Below are positions 15,000-23,991 of a stretch of DNA of 44,531 nt, in pieces (positions within the stretch are counted from its first letter, which is position 1; each line of letters begins with the position of its first letter). The translations under genes were made by a program, and so were the position numbers. The notes beneath the pieces are model-generated. The model saw nothing but the letters and a program-made list of their open reading frames with translations, ran no database searches and was not told where the DNA came from. The DNA comes from Candidatus Stercoripulliclostridium sp. Lineage in GTDB: Bacteria > Bacillota > Clostridia > Christensenellales > DTU072. The stretch is taken from contig JAZNYA010000069.1 in NCBI GenBank assembly GCA_045594145.1, positions 1-44,531 on the forward strand, in the 5' to 3' direction.

Positions 15000-16649
15000 T
15001 TATATAGTGAAAACTTTTACGCTACGGGCGGGAATTTTACCGCTTAATAGTTCGCTCTTGGTTGATGCTTGGGCGGTTAAGCAATTGAAAATTTCGCCGT
15101 CTTTATTATAGTTTATATAACTTTCTTTTACAAATATATTTTCGTCAAAACTAAAAGTTTTGGTTTCATCGGTTTTGTTAAAATAGCAAATGGCGGTCTT
15201 TCCGTTTGCTAGGGGGCGAACGAGAACGTCCACGCTACCTTTAACTATACGCTTTGCTTGTTTGCCGAGCACGTCTTGGTCTATTGCGATAAGATGCTTG
15301 TTGGCGATAATCTTAAGTACGTCGTCCGTCATCGACCTAAGGTCGTTGCCGAGAAGTAGGGGAGATGCCATCATGCACCAGAGTGCGAAATGGGCTTCGT
15401 TTTCGTTGTAGGTAAAATTACCGACGCCTACTTCCAGCATGTCGGGGTCGTTCCAGTGTCCTACGTCGGCATATTTATATAGTTCTACGTTATGCTCATA
15501 TAGGTTTTTGATGGATTGCCAATTGTGGTATATATCACCGGTTGTACGCCAAAGGTTGCCGGCACTCTTTCCCCAAAGATGCGGTTCTCCGCTACCCCAC
15601 TCGCAAATGGAGAATACTATGGGTTTTTCCGCAACTCCGGCTTCTTTTGCATAATCGGCAGTTGCTTGCTTAATGCATTTTCCGGCATATTGGAATTGTA
15701 GCATATCGCTTGTGGAGCGGTTGTTGATTGGGTTAAATAGGCTAATCTTATTTTTGCCCGCCTTCAAAGAAACAATCTTTTGGGTGATGTATTCTTGCCA
15801 ATGGAAGATTTCCTTCGGGATGTTAATGAGATAAAGTTCTTCGTCGTTAACTTGTACGCCAAGGAGCTTTTCGTACTTGGGATAAAGTTCGTGAGTGAAT
15901 ACGGTAAGGACGTACTCGCCACTATCGGAAACTTCTATTTCCCACTCGATTTTGCCTTCTGCTCTATCTAGTCCGCTACAATGCTTTTTGAATCTTTGGG
16001 TACTGTTCCAACGCTTTTTGGGATACTTAGTTGTGAAAATATGAGCATTGCCATATCGAGTTCCTTCTTCTGCGGAATATAGGCGAGTGGGCTTAACTCC
16101 TTTTTCGCTAACGGCTATTCCCGCAACCAGCGGAGCATAATCGGTGAAGGGAACGTTGTGGCAGTAATCCAGCTTCCAGTACTCTACACCCCAGCTTGCA
16201 AAGGTATATGCATCTCTATATTCGTAGCCTTGTGAACCCGGGAAATGTTGGCAAGTAAGCGGGCCATTACAACTATATATACCGAGTTTTAAACCAAGGG
16301 CGTTAACTTTTTCTCCGAGAGCTTTAATGCCACTGGGGAAGGTGACGGGGTCGCTTACGAGCTCACCTTTAACGTTTCTTTCCTTTGCTTCCCAGCAGTC
16401 GTCAAGGTTGAAATAGTTGTAGCCTGCTTCAAGGAGTCCGCTCTCAACCATGGCTTTAGCCATTTCGTAAAGCATGGTTTCATCTATGTTTTCTTTGAAC
16501 ACGTTCCAAGAATTCCAGCCCATAGGGGGAGTCTTTGCAAGGCCGTTAACAAAGGGTGTTTGGTTATAGAGCGTGGGAATTTTCTTCTCTTTTGGTGTAA
16601 CCAAACTTCTGGCATAACAAATGGGACAAGCTCCGTTTCTCTTTCTCAT
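15000..16649 (-). CDS. GH27 alpha-galactosidase / alpha-N-acetylgalactosaminidase with a large inserted beta-sandwich-like segment
   Basis: The ORF is 549 aa with an AAAGGAG RBS. GH27 motifs are PPMGWNSWN, YFNLDDCW, YWKLDYC (nucleophile Asp codon at 16167-16169) and ICEWG (15603-15614). About 185 residues separate the last two motifs. No signal peptide is present. Confidence 0.85.
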   Translation of the reverse strand: MRKRNGACPICYARSLVTPKEKKIPTLYNQTPFVNGLAKTPPMGWNSWNVFKENIDETMLYEMAKAMVESGLLEAGYNYFNLDDCWEAKERNVKGELVSDPVTFPSGIKALGEKVNALGLKLGIYSCNGPLTCQHFPGSQGYEYRDAYTFASWGVEYWKLDYCHNVPFTDYAPLVAGIAVSEKGVKPTRLYSAEEGTRYGNAHIFTTKYPKKRWNSTQRFKKHCSGLDRAEGKIEWEIEVSDSGEYVLTVFTHELYPKYEKLLGVQVNDEELYLINIPKEIFHWQEYITQKIVSLKAGKNKISLFNPINNRSTSDMLQFQYAGKCIKQATADYAKEAGVAEKPIVFSICEWGSGEPHLWGKSAGNLWRTTGDIYHNWQSIKNLYEHNVELYKYADVGHWNDPDMLEVGVGNFTYNENEAHFALWCMMASPLLLGNDLRSMTDDVLKIIANKHLIAIDQDVLGKQAKRIVKGSVDVLVRPLANGKTAICYFNKTDETKTFSFDENIFVKESYINYNKDGEIFNCLTAQASTKSELLSGKIPARSVKVFTI

Positions 16650-16652
16650 GTT

Positions 16653-18872
16653 TTACTCCTTTACGATTGTTGCGTTTATTAGCGTTATATTTTCATCAAG
16701 ATTTTTGTTTAGTAATTTTAGCGGTTTTCCATGGCTTGCGAAGTATACAACTCTGCCGTTTTTCCACTCGAAATCTACTTTATATCCGCCTATAAGTCTT
16801 TGACCTTTAACCTGTCCGCAAGAAATGGTATCGGGTAGTGCGGGGAGCAGTTCAACCAAGCTACCTTCAATTTGGCAAAGTGCTTCGTTTATGCCGTGCG
16901 TAAATCCGAAGTTGCCGTCGATTTGGAATAGTTTTGGCGGATGCATATCGAACAAGTTTTTGAATATCGCCTTGCCAAGCACTCTGGATATGACGAGAGA
17001 AACCGTATCTTTTTCACGTAATCTTGCGGACAAAGCAAGAGCCCAAGCTCCGCTCCAGCCGTAGTAATACTTGACGTTAAAGATACGAGTATGCATAAGT
17101 TTTCTTACCCACTCACGTTCCGTAGGGTGTGAGTAATAACCTATGGAGCGAGCAGGGTGGAAGGCGTACAAGGGGGAGAAATGGCGGTGTCCCATTTCGG
17201 GCGTATGATAATATTCCGACCACTCGACGAGTCCATCCGGACCATTTTTAAAGGGGTAAAGGTTACTTAGAACTTCTTTTACTTTTTCGGTTAAGTCGTC
17301 CGCTTTAAAGAAATCAAGATAATCGGTAAGACTTTGCTTTACTATGCCGATTTCAAATGCCGACGCAAAGTCCAAGTAACAATGCTTGCCGTCTTTAACG
17401 AAGGTGTTTTCCGGACTGGCAGAAGGGCAAGTGACGTAGTAGCCGTCGTGGAGAACGAGATAATCTAGTATGAACTCTACGTTACCCCTTAATACTTTTG
17501 CTACTTGTTCACGGTATTCTTCCAGCTCACCATACGAAAAATGCTCGTAAAGTTCGTTCGCATACCAAGCCCCGCAAAGCGGTGCATACATGTATTGCGG
17601 ATTGCCCTTTACCGGTGCCGTCTTACGCCAGATATCCGTGTTGTGATTGGAAGTGAAACCCTTTGCACCAAAATTTGTTTTTGCGGTGGATTGTCCGTGT
17701 AAGGAGAGTTCATATATCATCTCTACGTACGGAGCCAAGCACTCAACTAAGCCCACTTGAGAAGTCGGCCAATAGTTCATTTGTGAGTTGATGTTGGAAG
17801 TATAATTGCTCGACCATGGCGGACGAATATTATCGTTCCAAATACCTTGTAGGTTTAGTGCTTGACCGCCCTTTCTTGAGCCGGATATCGTAAGGTATTT
17901 TCCGTAGTTATAGAAAAGAGAAATGAGCTCCGGCGTGATTTTGCCTAACTTTGCTTTGTAGTACAAAGAGTCGGTAAATTGACCGCTATCTTTTGCGATA
18001 GTTAAAGAGTGCCTATTATATAAAGTGGAAAAATCTTTAATATGCTCTTCCTTGATTTCGTCGTAGTCGCAAGGAAGAGAATCAAGGCGATTTTCACAAA
18101 GGTCGATAGGGTAATTTAGACTGTTATACGGACAAACGTCGAAAGAAACAAATCCTGTGTCCGTCGTTGCGTAGATAGTCATTTCCTTTGCGTTAGTAAC
18201 GTAGTAGCCGTCGTCATCAAAGCGTGTTTCGCCGTCGGTTTTAATTCTTGCAACAAGAGCGTAACTCATGCCGAGAAAATCGGAGTACTCAACGGGCTTT
18301 GGGACGGCACCAAGATACGAAGGCTTAACGTGGTCGGGTGCTTGGCCGGAAAGGATGATGCTTTCACCATAGGAAATGCTATAAGAAGGAAGCTTATGAA
18401 TCGCCGTTATTTTTGCACAAAACGGCGTAGTAGACGTGGTCCTATAAACAAATACGTTTTTGGGGAAAGAGCAAAAAGCTTCTCTTTTGGTGGAACCGTC
18501 TTGCAAGGAAAATAGGCCGTTTTCCAAGCTTAAGCTTCTTTCATATTTTCCGTGTTTAAGCTTCCTAAACTCAATGTTTAGTTCCCCAAGCGGAAGATAT
18601 CCTTCGCTATATGCTCCATCAAGTTTTTCTTCACAAAGTTTGTCTGCAAGGTGATTTTCGCCCTTGAAGATTAGTTCTCTAACTTCTTCCAGGTGCTTTA
18701 GGCTTTCTTCGTTGTCGTGCTTTTTAGGGCGACCTGACCAAAGAGAAGAGTTGTTAAAGGCGATACGCTCCTTTTTTATTCCGCCATAAACCATGGCTCC
18801 CATAAGGCCGTTACCCAAGGGGAGTGCATCAATCCATTTTTTTGCATGTCTTTTGTATCTTAATGTTTTCAT
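16653..18872 (-). CDS. GH95 alpha-L-fucosidase
   Basis: The ORF is 739 aa. The N-terminus WIDALPLGNGLMGAMVYGG...SLWSG is typical of the GH95 N-terminal domain, and the length fits. No signal peptide is present. Confidence 0.8.
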   Translation of the reverse strand: MKTLRYKRHAKKWIDALPLGNGLMGAMVYGGIKKERIAFNNSSLWSGRPKKHDNEESLKHLEEVRELIFKGENHLADKLCEEKLDGAYSEGYLPLGELNIEFRKLKHGKYERSLSLENGLFSLQDGSTKREAFCSFPKNVFVYRTTSTTPFCAKITAIHKLPSYSISYGESIILSGQAPDHVKPSYLGAVPKPVEYSDFLGMSYALVARIKTDGETRFDDDGYYVTNAKEMTIYATTDTGFVSFDVCPYNSLNYPIDLCENRLDSLPCDYDEIKEEHIKDFSTLYNRHSLTIAKDSGQFTDSLYYKAKLGKITPELISLFYNYGKYLTISGSRKGGQALNLQGIWNDNIRPPWSSNYTSNINSQMNYWPTSQVGLVECLAPYVEMIYELSLHGQSTAKTNFGAKGFTSNHNTDIWRKTAPVKGNPQYMYAPLCGAWYANELYEHFSYGELEEYREQVAKVLRGNVEFILDYLVLHDGYYVTCPSASPENTFVKDGKHCYLDFASAFEIGIVKQSLTDYLDFFKADDLTEKVKEVLSNLYPFKNGPDGLVEWSEYYHTPEMGHRHFSPLYAFHPARSIGYYSHPTEREWVRKLMHTRIFNVKYYYGWSGAWALALSARLREKDTVSLVISRVLGKAIFKNLFDMHPPKLFQIDGNFGFTHGINEALCQIEGSLVELLPALPDTISCGQVKGQRLIGGYKVDFEWKNGRVVYFASHGKPLKLLNKNLDENITLINATIVKE

Positions 18873-18873
18873 A

Positions 18874-19437
18874 CTATTTTCTGTTTATTTCTCTCATAAG
18901 TTTATCGAAGTCGTTGTGCTTAAGATAATTTTCGAGTGCGGTTGCCAGGTCTTCAAAGAGCTTTTGGAAGGAATCACGGTCTTCCGCCTTGATGTTAGAA
19001 AGTACGTAGTCGGCAAGGTTATATGCTCCGTCACGGCCTATTCCTACACGGATGCGTTTGAACTTATCGCTACCAAGGCACTCTACGATGCTCTTCATGC
19101 CGTTATGCGTGCCGGCACTACCCGATGCTCTTGCTCTAATGGAAAAGCGGTCGATATCTATGTCGTCATAGATGACTACCAAGTCGTCGGGAGTGGCTTT
19201 GTATTTTTGCAAAAGGCTCTTTACCGATTGTCCGCTCAAGTTCATATAGGTTAAGGGCTTGGCAAAAACCACCTTTTCGGAGTTGCGAGAAAAAGTGCAA
19301 GTGAGAGCTTGGCACTCTGCTTTTTTAATGCTCTTGCCCATTTTGTCTGCAAGTGCATCTATTGCTTTGAACCCCATATTATGAAAGGTGTTTTCGTATT
19401 CTTTGCCGGGATTTCCTAGTCCAACCAAAATAATCAT
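18874..19437 (-). CDS. pth: Peptidyl-tRNA hydrolase
   Basis: The ORF is 187 aa, beginning MIILVGLGNPGKEYENTFHNMGF. Confidence 0.95.
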   Translation of the reverse strand: MIILVGLGNPGKEYENTFHNMGFKAIDALADKMGKSIKKAECQALTCTFSRNSEKVVFAKPLTYMNLSGQSVKSLLQKYKATPDDLVVIYDDIDIDRFSIRARASGSAGTHNGMKSIVECLGSDKFKRIRVGIGRDGAYNLADYVLSNIKAEDRDSFQKLFEDLATALENYLKHNDFDKLMREINRK

Positions 19438-19444
19438 AGTTCAT

Positions 19445-19894
19445 CTATTTCCTTTTTTTCTTGAAGTAGTTTGTGAGAAGTGAAGCACACTCGGCTTCCA
19501 GTATACCGCCTTCTACGCCCAGGCGATGATTGAATCTTACGTCTACGGGGAGATTATATAGGCTTCCGCAACAACCGCCTTTTTTATCGTATGCCCCAAA
19601 GTATATATTCCTAAGTCTGCTGTTTATGAGTGCACCTGCACACATTGCACACGGCTCTAGGGTGACGTATATGTCGCAATCTTCCAGCCACCAATTGCCT
19701 ACTTTTTTCGTTGCCTTTTCTATGGCTTCTATTTCGGCATGACGAGTCGCTTGATTTTTGCTTTCCTTTTTGTTATGGGCACGAGCAATAATTTTTCCAT
19801 CCTTTACTATGACGGCACCAATAGGTACTTCGTCTATCTTTTCGGCTTTCTCGGCTTCCTTTATTGCTTGTCGCATGAACCGTATTTTGTCCAT
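19445..19894 (-). CDS. tadA: tRNA adenosine(34) deaminase
   Basis: The ORF is 149 aa with HAEIEAI and PCAMCAGA zinc motifs. An alternative start at 19876 is possible. The gene overlaps the upstream gene's 3-prime end. Confidence 0.9.
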   Translation of the reverse strand: MDKIRFMRQAIKEAEKAEKIDEVPIGAVIVKDGKIIARAHNKKESKNQATRHAEIEAIEKATKKVGNWWLEDCDIYVTLEPCAMCAGALINSRLRNIYFGAYDKKGGCCGSLYNLPVDVRFNHRLGVEGGILEAECASLLTNYFKKKRK

Positions 19895-20706
19895 AACCGT
19901 TTTGCTATCTCCGTGTATAAATTTATTATTCCTTCGTGTTGCTTTTTTAATTCTTCCAAGTGGTCGAGTCCTATTGGATGGGTTAGGGCATCGCTTCCCA
20001 CTTCTATAGTCAGACCCAGTCTTTCCGTGGAGAGCGTAAAGTAGTCCTTTATGCCACCCGTTGAGTGTGGGGTGGTTTTTAGCGTGTATCCAAGAGCATT
20101 GGCAACAAGAGTTGCTTCCGCTTTATACTTTTTGTTACGCATAAAGCCGTAATAAACTTCTTCGCCTTTGGAGTGATATGCTACCACTAGAGCATAATCG
20201 CCTTCATCCATAACCCGTTTTAGAGCGTAACTTTCTACTTCGCTAAACGGACAGGGGCCGATATAATTTTGTGGAGCAGGATAGGTGAGGTTGCTCTGCC
20301 CTTGTCCCCACTTTGCATCGCAGTTTACGTTAAGGTCCACACCACGAGCGTTGGCTTTCCACTCCGAAAAGTCGGTAGAACCGCCGTTTATCCTAAGGAG
20401 TGCAATTCTGTCTCGAAGCTTTAAGGTGAGAGCATCAAGCCCACCTAAGCAAAGCCTTACTCCGTCCGGATTTAACAAAGGGACGACGTCTACGGGATAT
20501 TCGCCGGCATAGTCTTTAAACAAATCTCGCAATAGGTACGCAGTAACGTATTCCCTTGCGTGAATGCCACCCACGAGTAGCACTCCGCCTTTTTTGCGTT
20601 CGCCTTTGTGAATTAGGTGTATAGGCTCGCCGAGCGTAGAGTAGCCTATGATGGATGCGTTTCCGCCGACTAGTTCCAAACTACTAAAAAATTCATTTAC
20701 TTGCAT
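19861..20706 (-). CDS. M14-family zinc carboxypeptidase (gamma-D-glutamyl-meso-DAP peptidase-like)
   Basis: The ORF is 281 aa. It has the HxxE motif in GGIHAREYVT and a later His in VAYHSKGE. No obvious SD precedes the ATG. Confidence 0.75.
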   Translation of the reverse strand: MQVNEFFSSLELVGGNASIIGYSTLGEPIHLIHKGERKKGGVLLVGGIHAREYVTAYLLRDLFKDYAGEYPVDVVPLLNPDGVRLCLGGLDALTLKLRDRIALLRINGGSTDFSEWKANARGVDLNVNCDAKWGQGQSNLTYPAPQNYIGPCPFSEVESYALKRVMDEGDYALVVAYHSKGEEVYYGFMRNKKYKAEATLVANALGYTLKTTPHSTGGIKDYFTLSTERLGLTIEVGSDALTHPIGLDHLEELKKQHEGIINLYTEIAKRLWTKYGSCDKQ

Positions 20707-20729
20707 ATTAAAGAATATGCATTAGTGTG

Positions 20730-21191
20730 TTATTTATGGTAGTTGGTTTTGTTTATTATGGTAGTTGCACGGTATAGTTGTTCGCTTAGTATTACTCGCA
20801 TTAGTTGGTGCGGATAGGTGACTCTGCCGAAGCTTATTAGCTTGTCCGCACGTTTTCTAACGGCATCGCTAACGCCCCTGGAACCACCTATTACGAAGGT
20901 GAATTCGCTGTTTCCCTTCGTGCTTTCTCTTTCTATTAAGCTGGCAAGGTCTTCGCTTTTTATCAATTCTCCGTCTATTGCAAGCAGTACGCAGTAGCCT
21001 TTAATCTTTTTTAGAATACCGCTTTCTTCTTGCTTTTGTAGTCTTTCAGCGTTGCCTTCATCTACGCCTTCAGGACACTCTATTATCGTTAAGGTCGCAT
21101 ATTTGGAAGTGCGTTTGACGTATTCGTTTATGGCGTCCACCCAAAATTTTTCCTTCAGCTTGCCTACGGCAACTATGTTAAGTTTAATCAT
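20730..21191 (-). CDS. rlmH: 23S rRNA (pseudouridine1915-N3)-methyltransferase
   Basis: The C-terminus reads TYPHQLMRVILSEQLYRATTIINKTNYHK. I place the start at 21191 (MIKLNIVAVGKLKE) because it forms an ATGA overlap with the upstream stop. The ORF track starts at 21206. Confidence 0.9.
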   Translation of the reverse strand: MIKLNIVAVGKLKEKFWVDAINEYVKRTSKYATLTIIECPEGVDEGNAERLQKQEESGILKKIKGYCVLLAIDGELIKSEDLASLIERESTKGNSEFTFVIGGSRGVSDAVRKRADKLISFGRVTYPHQLMRVILSEQLYRATTIINKTNYHK

Positions 21192-22219
21192 CTTAGTAGC
21201 CCCCAAAAGAAAGTAAAAGCGGTAACTGCAAGAGCGGAAACAAAGGCAACTATAAGTAGCGTATAATCGCTAAGCTTTGGTTTGCTTAGGGGAAGTTGCT
21301 TTGCTTTGTCACCATTGGCGTAATATATCGGCATACCGTTTTTATCATAGGAAGGAATACCATAAACGTGGAATATGGTTTCTTCAATATCGTTTTTAGG
21401 TTCACTAAACTCAGCTTTTTTGTTTATTTTCATGTAAGAGTTAAGGAGCAAGACAAGTAGTACTCCGCTTACGGCACTGGCAAGGACAAGGGTGAGCACG
21501 TTGCTGTATATGAAGTTTTCTATCGTACTAAAGATGCCAAGAGATATGCCTTTTTGGTCAAAGTAACTACCCATTGTTATGAAGAAGTTGTTCATAAAGT
21601 GGACTATCATTCCGGGGATGATGGAGCCACCCTTTACCGCCATAAATCCGATTATCACACCTGCAAGAGCGGTAGGTCCAAGTTGCGGTGCATTTTGGTG
21701 GCAAGCCCCGAAGAATAGGCCAAGACATATTACTTTTACAACGTCGCTCTTTACGTCTTCGAGAGTGGCAAGAAGAATGCCACGGTCGGTTATTTCTTCA
21801 AAGATAGCGGGGAGTAAGCAACCGGTAATTACTTCCAGTACGAGTACTTCCGGCGACGTAAACAAGGTGCCACCGCCGGTAACGTAGGTAAAACCGAACG
21901 TCGTCATCAAAGCATACCAAACATAGCTTATACCGACGTTTACTCCGTAAGTGCAGATGCCTACGGGAATAGCAATAAGGTAGCTTAGGGGGTGGGTTTT
22001 GGTCTTAATGCGGACGTCCTTTAAGAAATCGCCGTCTTTTATGGTTGCTTTATAAAGAAGGAAGGGAAGGAGACCAAGGAACAATCCTTGCATGATGAAA
22101 CTAAACAACCATCCGGAAACGTTGTCGCTAAGCGGAAGCAAGGATGCAATTATTCTCATAATTTGCAACCCGGTTACGCTAAATAAAATTATGCCGGAAA
22201 GCTTAAAAGTTTTACTCAT
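21188..22219 (-). CDS. CPBP-family intramembrane glutamic endopeptidase (CAAX protease-like)
   Basis: The ORF is 343 aa and polytopic, with motifs FEEITDRG, FGACH and HFMNN. A 4-nt ATGA overlap links it to the upstream paralogue. Confidence 0.85.
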   Translation of the reverse strand: MSKTFKLSGIILFSVTGLQIMRIIASLLPLSDNVSGWLFSFIMQGLFLGLLPFLLYKATIKDGDFLKDVRIKTKTHPLSYLIAIPVGICTYGVNVGISYVWYALMTTFGFTYVTGGGTLFTSPEVLVLEVITGCLLPAIFEEITDRGILLATLEDVKSDVVKVICLGLFFGACHQNAPQLGPTALAGVIIGFMAVKGGSIIPGMIVHFMNNFFITMGSYFDQKGISLGIFSTIENFIYSNVLTLVLASAVSGVLLVLLLNSYMKINKKAEFSEPKNDIEETIFHVYGIPSYDKNGMPIYYANGDKAKQLPLSKPKLSDYTLLIVAFVSALAVTAFTFFWGLLR

Positions 22220-23202
22220 AACAGTCCTTCTACTCCTTCAAGATTTTGGATTATTATAGGAAGCACGGCGTTAAATACGCTCATTACGATAAGGAAGGCA
22301 AAAAATCCGATGGTGACAAAAGATAGTTTTGTCTTCTCCACGCCGTGATATTCCGGGCTAAGTTTTTTGGAGAATACTCTAAAAGGATTCCCGCTAATTT
22401 TAAGATTATCCTTCGCACAAGTTTTGTTAAAGGCCATAAACGAAGGAATTAATATCAAAGCACCAACTATGCACATTGCAACCAAAATTAAAACGTTGGT
22501 TGCATTTAGGTTAACGAGCGAATTGTATGCGGGAATGACGTCGCCTATGAATAGTGCGATGATGTTGTTTAGCACGTGGATTGCAACGGCGTACCATATA
22601 CTTCCGGTAAGGGAAACCGTCATGGCGAGCAAGAAACCCAATACGAATTGGTGGGCTAGTTGTGCAAGATTAAAGTGTGAAAGTGCAAATATTAGAGCGG
22701 AAATGAGAGACGCTTTCCAAACTCCGTGTTTTTCATAAGCAGAGAGTATTGCTCCACGGTAAAGACCTTCTTCCGCAAGGGGTGCTAGAACGGCTACCGT
22801 AAGGACTGCAAGGATGGCGTTTAGCGGAGTGTCGGTTGCAGGAAGCGTTACGCTTGGGGAAAGACCGAATAGTCCGAAGAAGCGGTTTAACAAAACAGCA
22901 AGGATGGTGTTTTGCAAAAATGCTCCAATGGTAATTGGTATAACCAAAAGAAGACCAATCGGCTTAACTTTGCTTTTTACGGGGACTACTGCAAGATAAT
23001 CTATATTGCGGAATTTCAGGTACAATAGGGGTACGAGAAGGTATGCAATTTGAGTGACGGCATAATTTAATAGGACTTTGGCGTTTCCTTCGGGTAGTTC
23101 GAGAACGAAAAAAGATGGGATGAGAGCGACGAAAAGACTGACGCAAAATATTATTACGCCTTCACGCTCGTCATAATTGAGTTTTATTTCTTCCTTTCTC
23201 AT
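22216..23202 (-). CDS. CPBP-family intramembrane glutamic endopeptidase (second, divergent paralogue)
   Basis: The ORF is 328 aa and polytopic, with motifs AEEGLYRG, FALSHF and HVLNN. Confidence 0.85.
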   Translation of the reverse strand: MRKEEIKLNYDEREGVIIFCVSLFVALIPSFFVLELPEGNAKVLLNYAVTQIAYLLVPLLYLKFRNIDYLAVVPVKSKVKPIGLLLVIPITIGAFLQNTILAVLLNRFFGLFGLSPSVTLPATDTPLNAILAVLTVAVLAPLAEEGLYRGAILSAYEKHGVWKASLISALIFALSHFNLAQLAHQFVLGFLLAMTVSLTGSIWYAVAIHVLNNIIALFIGDVIPAYNSLVNLNATNVLILVAMCIVGALILIPSFMAFNKTCAKDNLKISGNPFRVFSKKLSPEYHGVEKTKLSFVTIGFFAFLIVMSVFNAVLPIIIQNLEGVEGLL

Positions 23203-23990
23203 TATTTTGTCGTCACCGTTTCAGCTAATCCTTGTTGCGTAGCAACAAAGTATTCGTAGTCTTTGTTAATGGTCGCTCCGCTATCGCTAAGCAGATTTAG
23301 CGTGGTATCGTGAGCGAGTTCATAGGTGTTGTTTTGTTCGCTCAAGTGGCCTAGAATAAACTTTTTCGTGCCGGAGTCTAATAATTCTCTAATGGCTTCT
23401 GCACAACTTACGTTGGAAAGGTGTCCACGGTCGGAAAGTATTCTTTCTTTAAGGTGCCTGGGATAAGGGCCGTTAAGGAGCAGGTTTACGTCGTGATTGG
23501 ACTCTATTAGTACAAGGTCGCTTCCCTTTATGCTGCTTCTTACAGACGGGCTAAAATAACCTAGGTCGGTGGCGTAAGTGAATTTGCTATCGCCGTCCAG
23601 AAGGGAGTAGCCTACCGGATAAACGGCATCGTGAGAAGTGCGGAAGGGGCGAATTTCCATGCCGAGAAGAGTAAACGGAGTGACGTCTTCAAAGTAATAT
23701 CCGCCTTTTAGTCCGGTTTTGCGTTTTAGGGCAGACATTGTGACTGCGTTGGCAAACACGGGGATATTATAGGCTTCGGAAATTTGTGCTACGGAGTGGA
23801 CATGGTCGGCGTGCTCATGGGTTATAAGTATGGCTCTGACTTCGCTAAGAGCCGTTTCTTTTTTGCGTAGAGCATTAGTTAAGGTACGAGCACTAATACC
23901 GCAGTCTATGAGAAGTTTTTTGTTCTCTGCGGTAGTTATTAGCGTACTATTACCTTTACTGCCCGATGCGAGCACGTCTATTTTTAGCAT
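23202..23990 (-). CDS. MBL-fold metallo-hydrolase, YycJ/WalJ-like
   Basis: The sequence reads MLKIDVLASGSKGNSTLI...LIDCGIS...ILITHEHADH. I prefer the ATG at 23990 over 24023 because it has an AAAGGA RBS and lies 1 nt after the upstream stop. The stop overlaps the next ATG (TAATG). Confidence 0.85.
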   Translation of the reverse strand: MLKIDVLASGSKGNSTLITTAENKKLLIDCGISARTLTNALRKKETALSEVRAILITHEHADHVHSVAQISEAYNIPVFANAVTMSALKRKTGLKGGYYFEDVTPFTLLGMEIRPFRTSHDAVYPVGYSLLDGDSKFTYATDLGYFSPSVRSSIKGSDLVLIESNHDVNLLLNGPYPRHLKERILSDRGHLSNVSCAEAIRELLDSGTKKFILGHLSEQNNTYELAHDTTLNLLSDSGATINKDYEYFVATQQGLAETVTTK

Positions 23991-23991
23991 A

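Noticed and set aside
18793-19254. 153-aa plus-strand ORF across the pth / GH95 junction. Similar shadow ORFs occur at 26179-26472, 38195-38701, 39961-40368, 40796-41170 and 43633-44133.
   Set aside because: All are antisense to, or out of frame with, genes that carry strong family motifs. None has an RBS or an independent signal.
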